Virus record (IMG/VR): IMGVR_UViG_3300023179_000156
Location: 1 to 51,141 of that record
DNA: 51,141 nt
Direction: 5' to 3' (one strand)
DNA from: a virus
Taxonomy: Duplodnaviria > Caudoviricetes
How positions within the stretch are numbered: position 1 is the first letter of the stretch; every line of letters starts with the position of its first letter. The position numbers and the translations under genes are program-made. This document shows, in pieces, positions 45,607 through 51,141 of this stretch. The notes below the pieces were generated by a model. The model searched no databases, was not told the origin of the DNA, and saw only the letters and a list, made by a program, of their open reading frames with translations.

Positions 45607-46053
45607 TCAATACTCCTCGTCGTAGGTTTCGACGGACTCGATACGCTGGTTGAACGTCAGCGCGATGCTGTCAGCCTCCGCGTCGATGCGAAACGTGCCA
45701 TACGAGCCTTCGTTGATCTCCCAGCCAGGATGCCACGACCCAAGAAGCGAGTAGCAGACTTCTTCCACAAGTTCGTCGAGCGTGCAGTTCCTGACCTTGC
45801 GCTCCGGTCCACTCTGCGACCAATCCGTGACTTCGTGCGGGCTGTCATCGACCTCGGCTTTTCCGTCGGCCGGAGGCGTATAGGCGATCCCCTCGATGTT
45901 TCCGCTGTCGCCGTAGCCGTCGAACTCGATTTCGACCGACTTGACCCCCGCTTCCCGCAGGGCCTGCATCATCTTGCCCCTTGCGGACTCGTGCCGCTTT
46001 TTCTGTTCATCGCGGTACTGCCGCATGACGACCTCGAACTCGTTGCTTTTCAT
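45607..46053 (-). CDS. Hypothetical protein (DUF6878-like)
   Basis: 'FDGYGDSG' and 'GWEINEG.YG' motifs. Confidence 0.7.
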   Translation of the reverse strand: MKSNEFEVVMRQYRDEQKKRHESARGKMMQALREAGVKSVEIEFDGYGDSGNIEGIAYTPPADGKAEVDDSPHEVTDWSQSGPERKVRNCTLDELVEEVCYSLLGSWHPGWEINEGSYGTFRIDAEADSIALTFNQRIESVETYDEEY

Positions 46054-46080
46054 CTGTCGGGTCTCCTGTTGGTGAAGTGA

Positions 46081-46551
46081 CTAAACTGCAACTGCCGTGC
46101 CAACCGGCCAGACATATTCCAGATTGTCTGGCTCGCTCCAACCGAACCGGGCGTAGTGTTCTGGCAGTTTGCGGAGCAGGTTGCTTCTGTGCGAGGAATG
46201 AAATTCCTCGCACCCCAGCCACTCCGGCCGGCCAGACTCGTCTTTGCCGAACCGCAGAAGGGTGTTTGCGGCGTCGTAGAACTGCTCCTGCAGTGTGTCC
46301 CTGTAGCCTCTGCGGCGCCACTCGTCGCAGATTGCGATTGCATACACACACAACGAATACTCGTGTCCTTTCCACATACGGGTCGCCGGGTGGTTTCGCC
46401 AACTGCTTGGCTTGTCACGCAGGGGTCCACCGACCGGGACGCCGAGGGCCTGCAGAATCTGCTTGCACTCGACGCGCTGCTTGCCGAGTCGGCGGTAGTC
46501 CAGGCAGCGGGCCGAGTCGACGAAGTTGTTGTAAGGCAGAAAGGTTTGCAT
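46081..46551 (-). CDS. Pyrimidine-dimer DNA glycosylase-like (MSMEG_6728 type)
   Basis: 'MQTFLPY', 'RLGKQRVE', 'W.NHPA..MW.G', 'HSSHRSNLLRK', 'Y.WP' motifs. Confidence 0.8.
   Translation of the reverse strand: MQTFLPYNNFVDSARCLDYRRLGKQRVECKQILQALGVPVGGPLRDKPSSWRNHPATRMWKGHEYSLCVYAIAICDEWRRRGYRDTLQEQFYDAANTLLRFGKDESGRPEWLGCEEFHSSHRSNLLRKLPEHYARFGWSEPDNLEYVWPVGTAVAV
46087..46102 (-). promoter_or_regulatory. Sigma54 (-24/-12) promoter candidate
   Basis: TGGCACG-GCAG-TTGCA, 33 nt before ATG 46053. Confidence 0.7.
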
Positions 46552-46821
46552 TTAGTTGTCCTCCGGGCTGAAAGTCGCCCACTGCGCGACAGCCTTCCAA
46601 TCAACGTGGCGCATGATGGCTCTGCCGACCAACTGCTGCACGATTGCCGGCGTATCGAGCATGACGGGAGAAAGGGCGTCAATGATGGCTGATCTTATAA
46701 AGTCGTTCGTGGCCCGCCCTTTTTGGCATCTGGCGCGAAGCAAGCGACGAAGTTCAGTCCGATCTTTCGATGAATCGAGAAACGCGATGATGTCGCCAGT
46801 GAAACTGTCCGCGGTGTTCAT
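46552..46821 (-). CDS. Hypothetical protein
   Basis: AAGGAGG RBS. Confidence 0.6.
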   Translation of the reverse strand: MNTADSFTGDIIAFLDSSKDRTELRRLLRARCQKGRATNDFIRSAIIDALSPVMLDTPAIVQQLVGRAIMRHVDWKAVAQWATFSPEDN

Positions 46822-47036
46822 GATTCGGCCTCCTTGTCAAAACGAAAGTGCAAGTCGCGTGCCACAATGACTCCAAACCGCCGGCCGCCTGCCTCATGCT
46901 CCGACTCGACCACCGACGCGACATGCGCGGCCGGAATGAATGTCTCTTTCGCGTCGGCTTTCGGCTCGCTGCCGAGGATGGCCCATACGCCCGCCTCGTC
47001 GCGCTTGCGGATCCAGGCTGGGATGATAGTTGTCAT
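46818..47036 (-). CDS. Hypothetical protein
   Basis: ATGA coupling at both ends. Confidence 0.5.
   Translation of the reverse strand: MTTIIPAWIRKRDEAGVWAILGSEPKADAKETFIPAAHVASVVESEHEAGGRRFGVIVARDLHFRFDKEAES
46849..46864 (-). promoter_or_regulatory. Sigma54 promoter candidate
   Basis: TGGCACG-CGAC-TTGCA before ATG 46821. Confidence 0.7.
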
Positions 47037-47287
47037 GCGCGGCCCTCGGCTTTTGCGATGGCAGCGGCAAGCATGGACGGCTCCTCGCCGCCGCTGTCTC
47101 GCCACTCCCTGCCGCTTCTGGTTTCATTGAAGTAATCCATCGCCGCGCGGCAGGCGGCAAGCAGTTCGCGGCCGGCCGCCATCGCCAGTGCGTCATCGTC
47201 CGACAGCCCGACGGCAAGAGCCTTTTTGCCCCGCATGATCGAACACGCTCCGTCCTTTTCTCGATACACGCTCAATTCGCTTTTCAT
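47033..47287 (-). CDS. Hypothetical protein
   Basis: AAGGAG RBS; 'ELLAAC...AAIAKAEG' phage motif. Confidence 0.65.
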   Translation of the reverse strand: MKSELSVYREKDGACSIMRGKKALAVGLSDDDALAMAAGRELLAACRAAMDYFNETRSGREWRDSGGEEPSMLAAAIAKAEGRA

Positions 47288-47311
47288 CGCTCGGGTCTCC
47301 TTGTGTTTGCG

Positions 47312-47689
47312 TCACTCGGGCTGCAGTTCCTCGAAAATCCGCTCGGCGTTGCGCCAGTACCACTCGGCCACCTTCTCGTAGATGTAGAAGTAGATGGCCG
47401 CCCCGCCGTTGCTCTCGCGCGGGTTCTCGCCGACGCCGGCGTTTTCGTAGGCCGCTTCAAGTTCGCTCCCGTGCAGGAACCAGGCCGCCTCGATCTGGCT
47501 TGTGTAGATAGGAACGGCACCGTCGACGATTTCGTGAACGCTGCCGCTGTAGTCGAGGTCGCCGAGCAGTGGGATTTTGTCGGGCGAGTTGTCTTTGATG
47601 TAGTCGCGGAGCAGGTCGTTCACCTGCTCAAGAGCGGTTTCCACGCAATCGGGGAGGACGTCATCGACCTCGATGTTTCGCTTTGTCAT
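47312..47689 (-). CDS. Acidic hypothetical protein (Ocr/DNA-mimic-like candidate)
   Basis: Asp/Glu-rich; 'HEIVDGAVPIYT' resembles the Ocr 'IH..AD.AVP.Y' motif. Confidence 0.5.
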   Translation of the reverse strand: MTKRNIEVDDVLPDCVETALEQVNDLLRDYIKDNSPDKIPLLGDLDYSGSVHEIVDGAVPIYTSQIEAAWFLHGSELEAAYENAGVGENPRESNGGAAIYFYIYEKVAEWYWRNAERIFEELQPE

Positions 47690-47711
47690 GGCGGGGGCTC
47701 CTTGTTGGTGA

Positions 47712-47888
47712 TTAGTGCAAGTCTTGTGCCAGGAACGCTGGCATGGCAGGCGCTTCGTAGAGCGTTTGCCCCAGCGCCTGCTCTTTGGTTTCGTATCCGC
47801 TGGTGTGGCAATACTCGCCGTCCTCGCATCGCTCCATCCGCACCCATGAGCCCAGCGATTCGCTGTAGTAGGCAGTCGTGTTTTTCAT
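47712..47888 (-). CDS. Hypothetical protein
   Basis: AAGGAG RBS before ATG 47888. Confidence 0.5.
   Translation of the reverse strand: MKNTTAYYSESLGSWVRMERCEDGEYCHTSGYETKEQALGQTLYEAPAMPAFLAQDLH
47716..47731 (-). promoter_or_regulatory. Sigma54 promoter candidate
   Basis: TGGCACA-AGAC-TTGCA before ATG 47689. Confidence 0.65.
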
Positions 47889-47922
47889 TTGTGCGCGTCT
47901 CCTTGTGATGAACTTGAAATAG

Positions 47923-47938
47923 TGCAACTGCCGTGCCG
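47923..47938 (-). promoter_or_regulatory. Sigma54 promoter candidate
   Basis: CGGCACG-GCAG-TTGCA before ATG 47888. Confidence 0.6.
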
Positions 47939-48015
47939 GACGGGTCCTTGTCACGGACGGGTCCTTATCACGGACGGGTCCTTATCACGGACGGGTCCTT
48001 ATCACGGACGGGTCC
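47937..48015. repeat. 17-bp tandem repeat CGGACGGGTCCTT(A/G)TCA, about 4.6 copies
   Basis: Read directly from sequence. Confidence 0.95.
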
Positions 48016-48057
48016 ACTTGCGGCGGACGGGTCTATATATAGACGGCCCCTCATGGC

Positions 48058-48178
<121 letters not shown>

Positions 48179-48292
48179 ACGCGAAGCAACCCCCGTGCCG
48201 TTCGGCCGACTAAATTCCGGCGCCGGGCGCGCCGATACCCATGGCTACCGGGCGACACAAGCAATCGACCGGCACCAACGGAGACCCCCGCC

Positions 48293-48511
48293 ATGGCGCG
48301 AGACCCCCTAGCCTTGACCGTAGCAGCCGCGGCGTTGTTCGCGGCCCTCAATCAAGCCCCGCCGCCCCCCGTGGCCGCCCCGGCCCCGTGGCCGGCCCCC
48401 GTGGCCGCCCCGCCCCCGTGGCAGGCGCCCGTACCACACGCCCCCGGCCCCGTCCGGCGGACGATCGCCGCGGCGATCGACGCGGCCGACCGGATTCTAC
48501 CCTACCGATAG
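48293..48511 (+). CDS. Small Pro-rich protein with N-terminal hydrophobic segment
   Basis: GGAG RBS; PVAAP repeats. Confidence 0.45.
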   Translation: MARDPLALTVAAAALFAALNQAPPPPVAAPAPWPAPVAAPPPWQAPVPHAPGPVRRTIAAAIDAADRILPYR

Positions 48512-48674
48512 GGGGAGCCGGCGCCCGTGAAAATCGACGATACCAAGTGTCCAATTTGCGTTTTCCGGCCGCCAGAAAAATTTTTGGTTGCACGACTTGA
48601 CCGTTCGGGATATGTTTCCCGTGACGGCCGACAAGGCTACCGGCCGACACAATCATGAATGGAGACACGCGACA

Positions 48675-48824
48675 ATGATCGATTGCGAATGGTACGGGGT
48701 CGACGACGGGGACGGACTCGAAGTATGCGACGCGCTGCAGGCGCTCGCCGCGGAATTCGGGGCGCTGCAGGCGGCGCCGACCGTGGCGGACATGGAAGCG
48801 CTGGCCCGTGCGATCGGGGAGTGA
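48675..48824 (+). CDS. Small acidic hypothetical protein
   Basis: GGAG upstream; 49 aa. Confidence 0.45.
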   Translation: MIDCEWYGVDDGDGLEVCDALQALAAEFGALQAAPTVADMEALARAIGE

Positions 48825-48919
48825 GGCTACAGGGTGCCAGTATTCTCCCGCCGGGGTTTGACGGGGCGCCCGCCCCGGCCCCGCGCGGGAGGGTTTCGAG
48901 GGTTTCGGGAGAATTCAAA

Positions 48920-49600
48920 ATGGCAAAGTTCGATGCGTGGGAAGTGGCGGAGTCGGTCGTGGCGGTGGGCGACATGAATACGCTACTTTACGGCCCCCCC
49001 GGCACGGGCAAGAGTTATGCGGCGCAGTCGCGCTACTCCGGCACCGTCCGGAACGTGACGCTAACCCCGGACACGCCGGCCGCGGAATTGCGGGGACACT
49101 ACCATCCCCGCGGCGGCGAATTTGTTTGGGTCGACGGTCCGATCGTGGCCGCGATGCGCGAGGGCGCGCGGGTGGTCGTGAACGAAGTAGACCATGCCGG
49201 CGGCGATACGCTGTCTTTTATGCTCGCCGCGCTCGACAACCGCGAGTCGTGCCGGATTACGCTCCCAAGCGGGGAGACCGTGACGCCGGCGCCGGGGTTT
49301 CATGTCGTGGGGACCATGAATGGCCGGCCGGATGACTTGCTCCCCGCCCTCCGCGATCGGTTCGCGGCGGCGGTGGAAATCTTGGAGCCGCACCCCGCGG
49401 CAATCGAGGCGCTCCCGGCGGATCTCCACAACGCCGCCCGCGGCACCGTGACCGCGACCGGCGACGATCGGATTACGCTCCGGTCGTGGCTGGCGTTCGC
49501 GCGGCTTCGCGTGGCCGTCGGGCCGGAGACCGCCGCGGCGGCGACTTTCGGCGCTAACTGGCGCGCCGTCCTCGATTCGCTCGCCGTGGCCGCGGAGTAG
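48920..49600 (+). CDS. MoxR/CbbQ-like AAA+ ATPase
   Basis: 'GPPGTGKS', 'VVVNEVD', 'F.VVGTMN', 'ALRDRF' motifs. Confidence 0.85.
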   Translation: MAKFDAWEVAESVVAVGDMNTLLYGPPGTGKSYAAQSRYSGTVRNVTLTPDTPAAELRGHYHPRGGEFVWVDGPIVAAMREGARVVVNEVDHAGGDTLSFMLAALDNRESCRITLPSGETVTPAPGFHVVGTMNGRPDDLLPALRDRFAAAVEILEPHPAAIEALPADLHNAARGTVTATGDDRITLRSWLAFARLRVAVGPETAAAATFGANWRAVLDSLAVAAE

Positions 49601-49682
49601 CGCTGCAGGCCGGGGGCGCCCGCCGTGGGCGCCCCCGGCGGTTCGATCCATCCATCCATCCATTCACCGGAGACCCCGTACC

Positions 49683-50957
49683 ATGAAAATCCCCGATACC
49701 AACCGCCCCGTGCCGGCCGCGATCGACGGCCGCCGTTGGACCGTCGCCGGCACTCCCGGAGACCTCGCCGGCGCGACCGATACTAGGAAAGCCGTGCTGC
49801 ACGCGCCGCTCGCAGACACGCCGACGGCGCGGATGGTCCGCAATCATGAATTGGTTCACGCGCGGATCACGCCGCGGATGGCCGCGGCGACCGTATGCAA
49901 GCGGCAACGGGTGAGCATGGAAGCGCTGCAGTGGTCCGAAGACAACCGAATCGGTAATTTTCTGTGGTATCGGGAGATAGTAGACGCGGACGCGATCACG
50001 ACGGCGGAAGCCGATACGATCGCGCAAGTGTGCGGGGGTTCGGAGCGCACGATCGCCGGCGCGCTACTGGTCCATTGGTTCTTAGGTGAGCAACGGGCGC
50101 GGCTGTCGGATGCTTTCGAGCGGCGCGGAGTTGACCCCGTGACGATCGAGACAATCGAGAGCCGGTTGGAGTCTATCGTCAAGGCGGCGGCGGCGACCGC
50201 GGCGCCGCGGCGGCGGCGGCGCCGGGCCGGAGACCGCCGGATATTCGACTCCGTGGCGGGGTTCAAGAAATACACTGTCCCGCTTGCGCGCGCCTTCGAT
50301 TTTGAGTTCCCCGAAGGCGGCGGCGGCGAAGCCGGCGGAACCCGCCGCGATCATGACACGCAAGCGGCGGCGCAGCGGCTGCGCACGGTCAAGGCTACTG
50401 GGTCGTGGGCGCCCGTGACCGATGTATTTCGTCCGGCCCTCGATCGGGCAATCAAGCCCCGCCGCGCCCCCGGCCGGCGGTTCGCGGACTGTGGCGTGAT
50501 ACCGTCCGCCGTCCATCGGCTCCCGGTGGACGGTTCAATCTTCGCCACCAAGCGTAAGGTCAAGGGCGGCACCGTGCTGTGCGATGCGAGCGGGAGCATG
50601 GATTATTGCGACGAAGATATCGAGCGGCTGATTCTAGACGCCCCCGGCGCCACAATCGCTTTCTATGCGGGGTCTAGTCCGCGAATGTCGGGCCGAATCG
50701 TGATCGGCGCCGCGGGCGGGCGGGCGGCTACCGTGCGCGACGTTCGCCGCGCGCTCCCCGGCCGGGATAACTTGATCGACGGGCCGGCGCTGCGCTGGCT
50801 GGCCCGCCAGCCGGGGCCGCGATTTTGGGTGAGCGACGAGGGCGTGGGCGGCGTGACCGATTTCGGCCGCGGGTCCGATTCGCACGCCGAGTGTGTCGCG
50901 ATCTGCAGGGCCGCGGGCATCAAAATCATTCCGCGGATCGGCGCGCTCCGCCGTTGA
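49683..50957 (+). CDS. VWA (MIDAS) domain protein with N-terminal HExxH
   Basis: 'NHELVH', 'LCDASGSM', 'DGPAL' and 'VSDE'; paired with the AAA+ ATPase. Confidence 0.75.
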   Translation: MKIPDTNRPVPAAIDGRRWTVAGTPGDLAGATDTRKAVLHAPLADTPTARMVRNHELVHARITPRMAAATVCKRQRVSMEALQWSEDNRIGNFLWYREIVDADAITTAEADTIAQVCGGSERTIAGALLVHWFLGEQRARLSDAFERRGVDPVTIETIESRLESIVKAAAATAAPRRRRRRAGDRRIFDSVAGFKKYTVPLARAFDFEFPEGGGGEAGGTRRDHDTQAAAQRLRTVKATGSWAPVTDVFRPALDRAIKPRRAPGRRFADCGVIPSAVHRLPVDGSIFATKRKVKGGTVLCDASGSMDYCDEDIERLILDAPGATIAFYAGSSPRMSGRIVIGAAGGRAATVRDVRRALPGRDNLIDGPALRWLARQPGPRFWVSDEGVGGVTDFGRGSDSHAECVAICRAAGIKIIPRIGALRR

Positions 50958-50992
50958 CCGTGGCCGGCCGGGGCGCCCGATCGGCGCCCCGG

Positions 50993-51141
50993 CCGGCTTG
51001 ATGCTGGGGCCGGCTCGCCCAGGTCACCGGCTCGATGCTGGAGCCGGCTCGCCCAGGTCACCGGCTCGATGCTGGGGCCGGCTCGCCCAGGTCACCGGCT
51101 CGATGCTGGGGCCGGCTCGCCCAGGTCACCGGCTCGATGCT
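50993..51141. repeat. 34-bp (2 x 17-bp) tandem repeat, at least 4.4 copies, runs off the window
   Basis: CCGGCTCGATGCTGGGG + CCGGCTCGCCCAGGTCA units at 50993, 51027, 51061, 51095 and 51129. Confidence 0.95.

Noticed and set aside
50993-51141. CRISPR-like repeat
   Set aside because: Pure tandem repeat with no unique spacers and no cas genes.

Overview
This window is most of a high-GC tailed dsDNA phage genome with siphovirus-type organisation, probably temperate. A Planctomycetota host is inferred but not proven. In order it carries: an HK97-type capsid, head-tail and tail genes with a G_GGA_AAA -1 frameshift chaperone and a 1455-aa tape measure (1-15960); a nucleotide-metabolism cluster and fibre genes (16108-22595); a tyrosine integrase; a replication module (SNF2 helicase, Prim-Pol, UvrD-like helicase); a small CsrA homolog missing from the ORF track; three DNA methyltransferases; glycosyltransferases; a minus-strand block of small genes preceded by sigma54-type promoter motifs; a repeat-rich divergent region; and an AAA+/VWA pair. 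Terminase and portal are not in the window. The standout signal is at 33977-37102: an integron-like array of seven attC-type hairpin sites plus one terminal attI-like site. The cassettes have complementary R boxes at their two ends. Every cargo gene is inverted relative to canonical attC polarity, and several take their ribosome-binding site and start codon from the loop of their own attC. No IntI is present in the window. Other signals are CsrA-type GGA hexaloops at many ribosome-binding sites and an apparent genome-wide depletion of AGCT. All calls come from manual motif reading; no database searches were run.
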